Assembly (NCBI GenBank): GCA_902779035.1 | Contig: CACZAH010000004.1 | Span: forward strand, 12,452 to 76,451 | Reading direction: 5' to 3' | DNA length: 64,000 nt | From: an uncultured Erysipelotrichaceae bacterium | Lineage (GTDB): Bacteria; Bacillota_I; Bacilli_A; RF39; UBA660 | Shown: positions 39,856 to 49,201 of the stretch, piece by piece | How positions within the stretch are numbered: the stretch's first letter is position 1 | How the letters are laid out: each line of letters opens with the position of its first letter | Program-made: the position numbers and the translations under genes | The notes under the pieces: generated by a model | What the model saw: only the letters and a program-made list of their open reading frames with translations | What the model was told of the DNA's origin: nothing | Database searches by the model: none

Positions 39856-39865
39856 GAGTGATAAT

Positions 39866-40864
39866 TTGGATAATAGATTAGTTACAGCAGAAGAATTAAA
39901 TGAGGATAATTTTGATAATACAATTAGACCACAAACATTAGAAGAATATATTGGTCAAAGCGAGAATAAAGAGAATTTATCGATTTTTATTAAAGCAGCA
40001 AAAATGAGAAATGAACCACTTGACCATGTTTTATTATATGGCCCTCCAGGTCTTGGTAAAACTACAATGGCTGGAATAATTGCTAATGAACTAGGCGTTA
40101 ATTTAAAAACAACTAGTGGTCCCGCGATTGAAAAAAGTGGCGATCTAGCAGCCGTACTCTCTAGCTTAGAAGAGGGTGATGTGTTATTTATAGATGAGAT
40201 ACATCGTATACCAAGATTTATAGAAGAAATTTTATATTCAGCAATGGAGGATTATACTCTTGATATAATCGTTGGTGCAGATTCATCTTCTAGAAGCATT
40301 AAAATAGACCTGCCACCATTTACTCTTGTTGGTGCAACTACGCGAGCAGGGGATTTGACAAGTCCTCTACGTGATCGATTTGGTATTACTTGTAAGCTTA
40401 ATTATTATAATCAAGAAGAGTTAAAGATGATTGCTCTTCGTACAAGTAAAGTGCTAGATTGCAAAATAGATGATGATGCAGCTCTAGAACTAGCGCTTCG
40501 TTCTCGTGGTACTCCAAGAATATGTAATAGATTATTTAGACGTGTCCGAGATTATGCACTTGTAATGGGGGATGGTAAGATAGATTTATCTATTGCACGT
40601 ATTGCTCTTGATAAACTTAGAGTAGATAGACTAGGACTTGATGATACTGATTACCATTTGCTTAAATCAATTATTGATAAGTTTAATGGTGGACCAGTTG
40701 GTATTGAAGCTATTGCGTCTAGCATTGGAGAAGAACAAAGTACTATAGAGGATGTATATGAACCTTATTTACTACAAATAGGATTAATTAAAAGAACAAG
40801 TAGAGGTAGAGTGGTAACTTCTAAGGCTTATGAACACTTAGGATTACCTATAAAAAATAGTTAG
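39866..40864 (+). CDS. ruvB: Holliday junction DNA helicase RuvB
   Basis: [11 protein letters not shown], Walker [17 protein letters not shown] and [18 protein letters not shown]. Confidence 0.96.
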   Translation: MDNRLVTAEELNEDNFDNTIRPQTLEEYIGQSENKENLSIFIKAAKMRNEPLDHVLLYGPPGLGKTTMAGIIANELGVNLKTTSGPAIEKSGDLAAVLSSLEEGDVLFIDEIHRIPRFIEEILYSAMEDYTLDIIVGADSSSRSIKIDLPPFTLVGATTRAGDLTSPLRDRFGITCKLNYYNQEELKMIALRTSKVLDCKIDDDAALELALRSRGTPRICNRLFRRVRDYALVMGDGKIDLSIARIALDKLRVDRLGLDDTDYHLLKSIIDKFNGGPVGIEAIASSIGEEQSTIEDVYEPYLLQIGLIKRTSRGRVVTSKAYEHLGLPIKNS

Positions 40865-40873
40865 GAGATAAAT

Positions 40874-41206
40874 ATGAATAGTAAAAAAGAAGCAGTAAAT
40901 CTAATTGAGAAGAAGTTAGCTGGAAAAACATTTTTATCATATAAGGAGATAGCTGCGATTACTGGTTATCATCCTAAATATTTACTACAATTAAAAAAAG
41001 AAGTAATAGATGGTACTATATCTTTGCGTCATGGTAATTGCTTTAAAAAGCCACATAATGCTATAACAGAAGATGAGCGTAATTATATAATTAATTTGTA
41101 TAAAAGAAGTCATGTTAGTGTTAAAAAGTTTTGTGAGTTCTATGGCAAAAGAAGTTATTCTTGCATTTATAACGTATTAAGGGATGCAGGAGTAATGAGA
41201 CATTGA
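40874..41206 (+). CDS. Stand-alone HTH protein resembling the N-terminal region of DDE/rve-type transposases; no catalytic domain
   Basis: RHGNCFKKPHNAITEDERNYIINLYKRSHVSVKKFCEFYGKRSYSCIYNVLRDAGV follows the HGNxGKxPxNxIxxxxxxxIxxLY...F.EF...S.S.VxRIL pattern I recall from transposase N-termini. The ORF stops after 110 aa. Confidence 0.4.
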   Translation: MNSKKEAVNLIEKKLAGKTFLSYKEIAAITGYHPKYLLQLKKEVIDGTISLRHGNCFKKPHNAITEDERNYIINLYKRSHVSVKKFCEFYGKRSYSCIYNVLRDAGVMRH

Positions 41207-41231
41207 TTGAATAATTATTTATTGTGTCTTT

Positions 41232-41268
41232 AAAACACCTTTATCATACAATATGATAGAGGTGTTTT
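41232..41268 (+). promoter_or_regulatory. 17-bp near-perfect hairpin that contains the feoA Shine-Dalgarno sequence and ends 1 nt before the feoA ATG
   Basis: aaaacacctttatcata-caa-tatgatagaggtgtttt pairs with one G:U. The right arm includes gaggtg. ATG is at 41270. Confidence 0.6.
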
Positions 41269-41269
41269 T

Positions 41270-41494
41270 ATGCATTTATCTGATTTGAAAATTAATGATA
41301 AAGCTATCATAAAAAGTGTAAATGCTTGTGATAAAGAGTTAAGGAGATTATACGATTTAGGTTTTGTAGTAGATTCACTAGTTACACCAATACTTGCAAG
41401 TCCTAGTAAACTAATTAAGGCATATTTAATTAAAGATTCTGTAATTGCACTTAGAAACTCTGATGCAGTAAAAATAGAGGTGGAGTATGTCTAA
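41270..41494 (+). CDS. feoA: Ferrous iron transport protein A
   Basis: 74 aa with an SH3-like FeoA pattern (L.DLK.ND.A.I..V.....L.RRL.DLGF). It overlaps feoB by 8 nt. Confidence 0.8.
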   Translation: MHLSDLKINDKAIIKSVNACDKELRRLYDLGFVVDSLVTPILASPSKLIKAYLIKDSVIALRNSDAVKIEVEYV

Positions 41495-43415
41495 GAAAAT
41501 AGCTTTAATAGGGAATCCTAATGTAGGGAAGTCAACACTATTTAATGAACTTACCAATATGCACCAGCATACAGGTAATTGGTCAGGAAAAACTGTAGGT
41601 GTTGCGGTAGGTAAACATAAGAATCTAACTATCTACGACTTACCAGGTACATACTCATTGATACCACATTCTAAAGAAGAAGAAATAACATCAGATTTTA
41701 TTATTAGTGGTAATTATGATATCGCACTTATTATCTGTGATGCAACTATGTTAGAAAGAAATTTAAATCTAGTTATACAAACACTAGAGGTTACAAATAA
41801 GGCAATATTATGTTTAAATATGGCAGATGAATTAAAAGAAAAGGGTATAACTATTGAAACTAATAAGTTATCTGATATACTAGGAATTCCAGTAGTATTA
41901 ATAAGTGCAAAGAAAAAGAATGGTATTAATGAGTTAATTAATACAATAAATAATTTTAAAAGTAAACATACATTAAAGATAGAATATATTAAAGAGATAG
42001 AAGATAGTATTAAAAGCATAGGTGCTAAAAGTAGATTTGAAGCAGTTAGAAAGATTATTAGCAATAATAATTATTTAGTTAATAATTATCTATTAGATTT
42101 AAATATTAAACCACTTGATAGTATTATGAAGTCTATTTATGATAAGTGTTGTGAAATTACAAATATTGTAGTTAAGAAGAAAAAGATACAAAGAGTAAGT
42201 AAATTAGATAAAATACTTACTAATAAAATAACAGGTATTCCTATAATGTTACTTATGGTTATAACTATACTTTATATATCAATTGTTGGAGCTAACTATC
42301 CATCAAGTATGTTATTTAATTTTTTTACTTGGTTAAAACCAATAATCAATAATTTCTTAATAAATATACATCTGCCTAATGTTATAACTGATTTATTAGT
42401 TAATGGAGTATATCAAGTTTTAACTTGGGTAGTTGCTGTAATGTTACCTCCCATGGCTATATTTTTTCCGCTATTTACCTTGCTTGAAGACTTTGGAATA
42501 CTACCTAGAATTGCGTTTAATCTAGATGGATATTTTGAAAAGTCTAATGCCTGTGGTAAGCAAGCTCTTACTATGTGTATGGGATTTGGGTGTAATGCAG
42601 TGGGAGTAACAAATGCAAGAATAATAGATTCTAAAAGAGAAAGATTAATTGCTATACTAACTAATTCATTTATACCATGTAATGGTAGATTCCCTTCATT
42701 AATATCAATAATAAGTATGTTCTTTATAATAGAAAGTAAATTATTTAATTCGTTGTTATCTGTTACAATACTAACATCATTAATACTTCTTAGCATCTTT
42801 ATAACACTCATAATAAGTAAAATACTATCTAAGACAATTTTAAAAGGAATACCATCATTCTTTACAATAGAACTTCCTCCATACAGAAAACCTAGTATAA
42901 TTAAAGTAATTATTAGATCAATATTTGATAGGACATTATTTGTGCTTGGTAGAGCAGTAGTAGTCGCAATACCTGCAGGAGTAGTTATATGGTTATCTGC
43001 CAATATAAGTATTGGTGGAAGTGCTATAATAAATATTCTTAGTAACTTCTTAAATCCTGTGGGAGTAATACTTGGATTGGATGGAATAATACTACTTTCA
43101 TTTATTCTAGGATTTCCTGCAAATGAAATAGTAATACCTATTATGATGATGGGATATCTATCTAATAGTCATTTAGTAGATATATCAAGTATAAATACTA
43201 TGAAAAGTATTCTTTTATCAAATGGCTGGACTATAAAGACTGCACTTTGTACTTTAGTGTTTATATTATTTCACTTTCCATGTTCTACAACACTTCTTAC
43301 TATTAAGAAAGAAACAAATAGTATAAAATGGACAATATTATCATTTATATTACCTTTACTTATAGGTATAATACTATGCTTAATGATTAATATGTTTTTT
43401 AGTCTTGTTGTATAA
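41487..43415 (+). CDS. feoB: Ferrous iron transport protein B
   Basis: G-domain IALIGNPNVGKSTLFNELT...DLPGTYSL, followed by a polytopic permease with the gate motifs. Confidence 0.92.
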   Translation: MSKKIALIGNPNVGKSTLFNELTNMHQHTGNWSGKTVGVAVGKHKNLTIYDLPGTYSLIPHSKEEEITSDFIISGNYDIALIICDATMLERNLNLVIQTLEVTNKAILCLNMADELKEKGITIETNKLSDILGIPVVLISAKKKNGINELINTINNFKSKHTLKIEYIKEIEDSIKSIGAKSRFEAVRKIISNNNYLVNNYLLDLNIKPLDSIMKSIYDKCCEITNIVVKKKKIQRVSKLDKILTNKITGIPIMLLMVITILYISIVGANYPSSMLFNFFTWLKPIINNFLINIHLPNVITDLLVNGVYQVLTWVVAVMLPPMAIFFPLFTLLEDFGILPRIAFNLDGYFEKSNACGKQALTMCMGFGCNAVGVTNARIIDSKRERLIAILTNSFIPCNGRFPSLISIISMFFIIESKLFNSLLSVTILTSLILLSIFITLIISKILSKTILKGIPSFFTIELPPYRKPSIIKVIIRSIFDRTLFVLGRAVVVAIPAGVVIWLSANISIGGSAIINILSNFLNPVGVILGLDGIILLSFILGFPANEIVIPIMMMGYLSNSHLVDISSINTMKSILLSNGWTIKTALCTLVFILFHFPCSTTLLTIKKETNSIKWTILSFILPLLIGIILCLMINMFFSLVV

Positions 43416-43521
43416 AATATATATACTTGGTTAACCAAGTATTTTGTATAAACACACGTATTGTATTTTTTTATCTTTTCTGTTAGAATTATATACAGGA
43501 TAGGTAGTAGGGAGTTGGTAT

Positions 43522-45456
43522 ATGAAGAATACTAGAAAAATACTAATTAGTGGTATCATTGTATCAATAATGGTAATTATTGCATCTATCACTGTTAGTG
43601 TGATTGTAATACTAAATAGTGGTGTATCTAGAACCGTAATGATTTATATGGTTGGATCTAACCTTGAATCTACAAACGGTCTTGCTAGTAGTGATTTAGC
43701 ATCTATTAAAAATAAAGATTCTAATACTAAAGTATTACTTATTGCAGGTGGTACAAGTAAATGGGATAATAATTATATTAGTACTGATGAGACTTCTATT
43801 TATGAACTGACAAGCAGTGGTTTTACTAAAATTAAGAAGCAAGATAGAAAGAATATGGGAGATAGTGATACTTTAACTGATTTTTTAAACTATGCTTATG
43901 ATTATTCTAAAACAGATGAGTATGATTTAATATTTTGGAATCATGGAGGAGCTATTGATGGAAGTGAGTATGATGAATTAAGTAATGATGATAACCTATC
44001 TTTAAGTGAAATGAATAATTCATTATCTAAGAGTCCATTTAATAATAAAAATTTAGAGCTAGTTATATTTAGAACATGCTTAAATGGTACTTTAGAAGTT
44101 AATTCAATACTTTCTAAATATGCAAATTACTTAGTGGCATCTGAAGAAGAAACATTGGGAGCAAATTATTCTAGTGTGCTTAACTTTATTAATGAAATAG
44201 ATTCTAAAGATAGTTCTAAAGATGTTGGTAAAAAGTTTATTAATGCTTATAAAAAACAAATAAATGATATTAAGAATAGTACTTTTAAAACTGATAGAGA
44301 TACAATTTATTCAACTTATTCTTTAGTTAATCTATCTAACATTGATAAGTTAAGTGATAGTGTTAATGATTTCTTTAATGATATTGATATAACTACTAAT
44401 TTTAATAGAATATCTAAAGTTAGAGCTAATTTATATCAATATGCATCTGAAGAACCAAGTTACGATATGGTAGATTTATACAACTTAGTTTATAATTTAA
44501 AAGATTTATCACCAAGTAAAGCAAGTAAAGTATTAGATGAGTTGGATAATACTATAATCTATAATTATGCAACTGATTCTAACTCTCGTGGTATAAGTAT
44601 ATATTTTCCATATAATGGAACAAGTATTGCTAAAAAAACATTTATTAATGTATATAATGATTTATCTAGTTTAAGTAGTTATAAGACCTTTATTACTAAG
44701 TTTAATAATATACAAACTGGTGATTATACTAAGAGTACTTATACACTTAATAATATTAATTCTAAAGAAGCTAGTGATAAAAATGCATATGCTGATTTTG
44801 AATTAGAATTAACAGATGAACAGGTAAGTACATTTGCAAAAGCCAACTATGTTGTTTATAAAGATTTAGGTACAGGTTATTATAAACCAATGTATAAAGG
44901 AATATCTACTACATTAGATGGTAATATATTAAAAGCATCTATTAAAGATAGACAATTGCAAATAGTAGGTAGTAATAATGATACTTCTGATTTAATGGCT
45001 TTTGAAAAAGAAAATACAGAAAAATATATTAAGTATACGACAAATGTAATACTTCGAACAGTTAGTGATAATCTAAGTGATTGGAAAAATGATAATGCAA
45101 TAATGACTATTTTCTTTGATAAAAAAACAAAAAAGACTAATATTGCAAGTGTAATATATGATAACAATGATGATAAAGCTAATTCGGTTGCGGTTAATTT
45201 AAATGATTATGATGATGTAGTGTTTTCTATATCCAGTGGTTGGAAAATACTTGATGATAATGGCAATTATACTGGTCCAATTATAGAGAATGGAAGAGTT
45301 GTTGGTGATGGAATATATACTGGTGTTGAAGAAGAACCAGGCAAGTTTAAATTTGAGTTATCTAAGTTTGATAGTGATGCTAATTATTACTGTGTATTTG
45401 AAATAACTGATACACATAATAATGTATCATATTCTAAATTAATTAAATTGAAATAG
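43522..45456 (+). CDS. Membrane-anchored clostripain-like (C11 family) cysteine peptidase homolog
   Basis: N-terminal TM segment. VMIYMVGSNLE, YDLIFWNHGGAIDG (His-Gly), LSLSEM, LELVIFRTCLNGTLEV (catalytic Cys context) and ANYLVASEEE. Confidence 0.7.
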   Translation: MKNTRKILISGIIVSIMVIIASITVSVIVILNSGVSRTVMIYMVGSNLESTNGLASSDLASIKNKDSNTKVLLIAGGTSKWDNNYISTDETSIYELTSSGFTKIKKQDRKNMGDSDTLTDFLNYAYDYSKTDEYDLIFWNHGGAIDGSEYDELSNDDNLSLSEMNNSLSKSPFNNKNLELVIFRTCLNGTLEVNSILSKYANYLVASEEETLGANYSSVLNFINEIDSKDSSKDVGKKFINAYKKQINDIKNSTFKTDRDTIYSTYSLVNLSNIDKLSDSVNDFFNDIDITTNFNRISKVRANLYQYASEEPSYDMVDLYNLVYNLKDLSPSKASKVLDELDNTIIYNYATDSNSRGISIYFPYNGTSIAKKTFINVYNDLSSLSSYKTFITKFNNIQTGDYTKSTYTLNNINSKEASDKNAYADFELELTDEQVSTFAKANYVVYKDLGTGYYKPMYKGISTTLDGNILKASIKDRQLQIVGSNNDTSDLMAFEKENTEKYIKYTTNVILRTVSDNLSDWKNDNAIMTIFFDKKTKKTNIASVIYDNNDDKANSVAVNLNDYDDVVFSISSGWKILDDNGNYTGPIIENGRVVGDGIYTGVEEEPGKFKFELSKFDSDANYYCVFEITDTHNNVSYSKLIKLK

Positions 45457-45476
45457 AAAGAAAAGAGGTAAATGAT

Positions 45477-46718
45477 ATGAATAATGAAAATAATAATATG
45501 AATAATAATTTAAATAATGGAATTGATAATATTGGAGTGGATAGTTTCTTTAATCCGCAAATAAATAATGATCCAAATAATACTAATATAGGTATGAATA
45601 ATAATTTAAATAATTCTATTAATAGTAGTGTACCTAATCCTAATATGAGTAATAATAATCAAATGAATAATAGTATTAATACAGTGTTTCCTAACACTAA
45701 TATGAATGATAATAGCGGTGTTGTAACTGAAGGAATCAATCCTAATAATACAGGTATAGATAGTACTATTGCAAATAATGATATTAATCAAAGTGTTAAT
45801 AATAATCAAATGAATAATAGTATTGATACAGGTATTAATACGTTTAATAATCAACAAAATGTAAATATGCCTAAAATAGATTTTGGTAATATAGATAACA
45901 ATGTATCTAATAATGTATCTAATAGTATGAATGTTACACAACCTATTAATAATGTAGAAAGTAATACGAATAATTTAAATAACCAATCTGTAGAGCCACG
46001 ATTAAATACTATTAATAGTGCTCCAAATAATAACATAAATACTAATGTTCCTAAGAAGAGTAATAAATCATTAGTAATTGTACTTATTGTATCAATTGTA
46101 GTTGCAATTGCATCAGCAGTTGTTGCATATTTAATTGTTACTAATAATAAATCTAAGACAGAAAATGATTATGAGAATAATAGTAATAACGTTATATCCA
46201 ATACTACCGATACAACTCAGACTGTTTCTGATAATACAAATACTATAGAAAATGACGGATTTATTTATACCAAAAAAGCTGGATATGAATATGAAGTTGA
46301 TGAAGGTGCTTTATATGTATATGGTAGTAATTCAATGTTTCAATTTATTGTAATACCAACTAGTCTTGATGAAGTATTTAATAGAACTTCTGAATTAGAA
46401 CAAGTTATGACTAACTATGGATATACATTTACTAATAAGAATACAACAGCTTATGATGGAAAAAATGTTTTAACATATGAAATATCAAATGGTGATATTA
46501 ATGCCTTATATATAGTTTATGCTGCTCCAGATGCTAATTATTCTGTTCAAGTTATTGCTATTGATAAAAATAGTACATTTAATTACAACTTAGTTACAGA
46601 GGCAATGAGTTTAACTAATGATTTAGAAAATAGTGGAAATTCTACTTTAGATAAAACTAGCAATGATTTCAATGTACCAAAGATTAGTGATAAATTAATA
46701 AATAAAATTAATGAATAA
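45477..46718 (+). CDS. Asn-rich single-pass membrane protein with a C-terminal globular domain (unknown function)
   Basis: About 195 aa of low-complexity N-rich sequence, then the TM segment SLVIVLIVSIVVAIASAVVAYLIV, then about 190 aa of non-repetitive sequence. RBS agaggt. Confidence 0.6.
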   Translation: MNNENNNMNNNLNNGIDNIGVDSFFNPQINNDPNNTNIGMNNNLNNSINSSVPNPNMSNNNQMNNSINTVFPNTNMNDNSGVVTEGINPNNTGIDSTIANNDINQSVNNNQMNNSIDTGINTFNNQQNVNMPKIDFGNIDNNVSNNVSNSMNVTQPINNVESNTNNLNNQSVEPRLNTINSAPNNNINTNVPKKSNKSLVIVLIVSIVVAIASAVVAYLIVTNNKSKTENDYENNSNNVISNTTDTTQTVSDNTNTIENDGFIYTKKAGYEYEVDEGALYVYGSNSMFQFIVIPTSLDEVFNRTSELEQVMTNYGYTFTNKNTTAYDGKNVLTYEISNGDINALYIVYAAPDANYSVQVIAIDKNSTFNYNLVTEAMSLTNDLENSGNSTLDKTSNDFNVPKISDKLINKINE

Positions 46719-46729
46719 AAGGAGATAAT

Positions 46730-47650
46730 ATGAGTTTATTAATTGCTCTTGTTGCATCATTAATACCTGTATTAATTATACTTGCAGTTATATATAACAT
46801 GAGTGAGGTTAAAAAGCAACCATTATGGATATTAGGATTATTATTTGTAGGTGGAATATTATCGTGGGTACTAGTTAGATATGTATCTAAATCTTTAGGT
46901 AGTGATATTTATAAATCTCAAATTGAAATATCAGAAAATCTAGGTAATAGAGGCTTTTTCTTAGTTAGTTTTGGAATAATAGCTGTAATTGAAGAAATAT
47001 CTAAATATATTGTAATAATTATTATGTGTTTTAAAAATAAGTATTTTAAAAATGCTTATGATGCAATTATGTATGCAGTATGCATTTCGCTTGGCTTTGC
47101 CTTTGTAGAAAATATAATGTATATTAATAACTTTGGTGTAAGTGTTGCAGTATCTAGGGCTATTTTTTCAATTCCTGCTCATGCCTCATTTGGGATTATA
47201 ATGGGCTATTATTTAGGTATATCAAAATTATGTAAAGATAATAATGATAGTTCATATTCCGCTTTTACTAGATATTGTGCGTTCTTTATACCGTTTATAT
47301 TTCATGGATTTTATGATTATCTTCTTAATTTTAATACAGAATCAATTTATATTATCTTCTTGGTATATGTTGTTATTATGTATGGATTTGTAATGTTTTT
47401 ATTATTTAGATTAAATAAAATAGATGATAAATGGTTAAGACATCATAAGAAAGAAATCACTCCTGTTTATGAAGTAAGAAAGAAAGTAAATAAGAATATT
47501 TATTATGATCAAATAAATAACACTAATGATGAAATCGTGCTAAATAATGATAATAAAGAAATAGATAATACTTGGAAAAGCAGCGAAAATAATAATACAG
47601 TTTATGAGCATGATAAAATTGAAATGAATATGTTTAGAGATGATAAATAG
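46730..47650 (+). CDS. PrsW-family intramembrane metalloprotease homolog
   Basis: Polytopic. Motifs IEEISKY (EExxK), GFAFVENIMY, IPAHASFG and HGFYDY follow the PrsW pattern. Confidence 0.72.
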   Translation: MSLLIALVASLIPVLIILAVIYNMSEVKKQPLWILGLLFVGGILSWVLVRYVSKSLGSDIYKSQIEISENLGNRGFFLVSFGIIAVIEEISKYIVIIIMCFKNKYFKNAYDAIMYAVCISLGFAFVENIMYINNFGVSVAVSRAIFSIPAHASFGIIMGYYLGISKLCKDNNDSSYSAFTRYCAFFIPFIFHGFYDYLLNFNTESIYIIFLVYVVIMYGFVMFLLFRLNKIDDKWLRHHKKEITPVYEVRKKVNKNIYYDQINNTNDEIVLNNDNKEIDNTWKSSENNNTVYEHDKIEMNMFRDDK

Positions 47651-47660
47651 GAGGTAAATT

Positions 47661-48857
47661 ATGAATAATGTTACAAGGATTAATAATGCATTAGATGGTT
47701 TAGAAGAAAGCCTTGGAGTATTATTAGAAGCATTGAAAGAAAAAGATTCTGTTTCATTGACTAGTAATGATGTATTTAAATCAATTGTTTATGATATTCA
47801 AGAATTAAATAAATATGATAATAAAAGCTTAGGAGCATCATTTGCTTATTATAGATTTGCTCTTTCTCATCTTAATAAGACATTTAATAATAAAGAATAT
47901 ATTGATAAAGAAGAAATAGATAGTGTAGCCAAGTGTTTAAATGACATAAAAAAGTTAAGGATGAAAGTTAATGTTAATGTACCTTTTTATCGTTTCTTTG
48001 ATGATTTACGTGGAATCGTTAGAAATTTACACGGTATAAATATGCATAATGAGTTTATACATAACTTTGTTTCTTCAGATATACTAAAAACATATGAGAT
48101 TATACTTAATAAGTATCATAATATAATTACTAATATTAATGAAATAAGACCATATGTAAATAATTATATTTTTAAAAGTTTAAAAATTGATTTAGATATT
48201 AATTATTCACAGTTTAGAGTTAATTTGCATCAAATATATATTCAAATATTAAATTCAAATAGTGATATTGCGCAACCACTAATGAATAAATTAATGTATT
48301 ATGTAAATAAAGAAAACTATGAAGAAATTTTAAAAACCAATATGGTAAATAAAGAAATAAACAACTATCAAAAAAGAAAAGATTTGTTAAATGAATTAGA
48401 TATTTGCATAAATTCTTTAAATGAAATTATAAATAGATATCAAAACAGTTTATTAGATAAAAGAAATAGTATCGATATTGAACTTGTTGATAGTAATCAT
48501 AATGAAGATTATGGGATAGATATTCCACATTTTATTGAAGATAATTATGAAGAATATAGGAATAAAAAAAATTTAAATAAGAATAATGCTTCATATAGTG
48601 GTAAGATTGCTAGCTATATTTATAAATTTGAAATATTAAAAAGAAAACTTGAAAGAAAAAAATCATTAACTAAGGAAGAAGTGAAATTGTACAATAAATT
48701 AGAGTCAGAATTGGAATCTTTAAAAAAAGGACGTTCTAATAACTTTATAAGAGGTATTAAAATTAATTATTATCAAAAAAAATTAAATAGGAAAATTAGA
48801 TTGTCTAGAAAAAATATTTATAAGAAGGTTATAGATAGTAATAAAAAAAGGAAGTGA
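47661..48857 (+). CDS. Hypothetical soluble protein (398 aa, basic C-terminus)
   Basis: RBS aggaggt. It lies 10 nt after the PrsW-like gene. No family recognised. Confidence 0.5.
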   Translation: MNNVTRINNALDGLEESLGVLLEALKEKDSVSLTSNDVFKSIVYDIQELNKYDNKSLGASFAYYRFALSHLNKTFNNKEYIDKEEIDSVAKCLNDIKKLRMKVNVNVPFYRFFDDLRGIVRNLHGINMHNEFIHNFVSSDILKTYEIILNKYHNIITNINEIRPYVNNYIFKSLKIDLDINYSQFRVNLHQIYIQILNSNSDIAQPLMNKLMYYVNKENYEEILKTNMVNKEINNYQKRKDLLNELDICINSLNEIINRYQNSLLDKRNSIDIELVDSNHNEDYGIDIPHFIEDNYEEYRNKKNLNKNNASYSGKIASYIYKFEILKRKLERKKSLTKEEVKLYNKLESELESLKKGRSNNFIRGIKINYYQKKLNRKIRLSRKNIYKKVIDSNKKRK

Positions 48858-48873
48858 TGATTCTTCCTTTTTA
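48844..48873. terminator. Bidirectional terminator between the convergent 47661..48857 gene and rpmB
   Basis: aaaaaaggaag-tgatgatt-cttccttttt. Confidence 0.75.
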
Positions 48874-48885
48874 CATGCATAGTTT

Positions 48886-49056
48886 TTATGCAGCTTGTTT
48901 ATCTAATGTTCTTTTTTCTCTTGCACTTATTCTTACTCTTTTACCATTAACATTTACAACTTGTAAGTTTGGTTTTTGTGAATGCTTAGTAGCTCTTAAA
49001 GAGTGTGATCTTCTATTTCCAGCAAGTGGTTTTTTTTCAGTTGCTTTCTTTGCCAT
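48886..49056 (-). CDS. rpmB: 50S ribosomal protein L28
   Basis: MAKKATEKKPLAGNRRSHSLRATKHSQKPNLQVVNVNGKRVRISAREKRTL follows the GNxxSHsxxxTKRxxxPNLQ pattern. A ggagg RBS precedes the ATG at 49056. The upstream extension in the ORF track is rejected. Confidence 0.75.
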   Translation of the reverse strand: MAKKATEKKPLAGNRRSHSLRATKHSQKPNLQVVNVNGKRVRISAREKRTLDKQAA

Positions 49057-49201
49057 AAATAACCTCCATTCAAAGTTTTTTCTCTGCCTATACAGTTTAA
49101 CACAAATCATCGTTTTAGTCAAATATTTTGCCTAAATTTAGTAATTTTATTGAAAAAACACCTTATAAGCAGTAAAATATTTGTATATATTGGAGGAAAT
49201 T

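Noticed and set aside
37289-41206. Prophage or integrated mobile element, suggested by the Rpn nuclease, the broken ArsC-like gene and the transposase-like HTH
   Set aside because: The intervening genes are core (ruvA, ruvB). No integrase, terminal inverted repeats or direct repeats flank the region. The pieces look like scattered small insertions or remnants.
41714-43003. Long antisense ORFs inside feoB (41714..42064 -, 42413..43003 -)
   Set aside because: They lie opposite a gene with unmistakable FeoB motifs. They have no RBS and show Ile/Leu/Asn/Ser-biased composition. This is typical of stop-poor antisense frames in AT-rich coding DNA.
48854-49135. 93-aa + strand ORF and the N-terminal extension of the - strand ORF 48886..49122
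   Set aside because: The - strand frame encodes L28, starting at the ATG at 49056 with a ggagg RBS. The + strand ORF is antisense to it, and the 22-aa upstream extension has no support.
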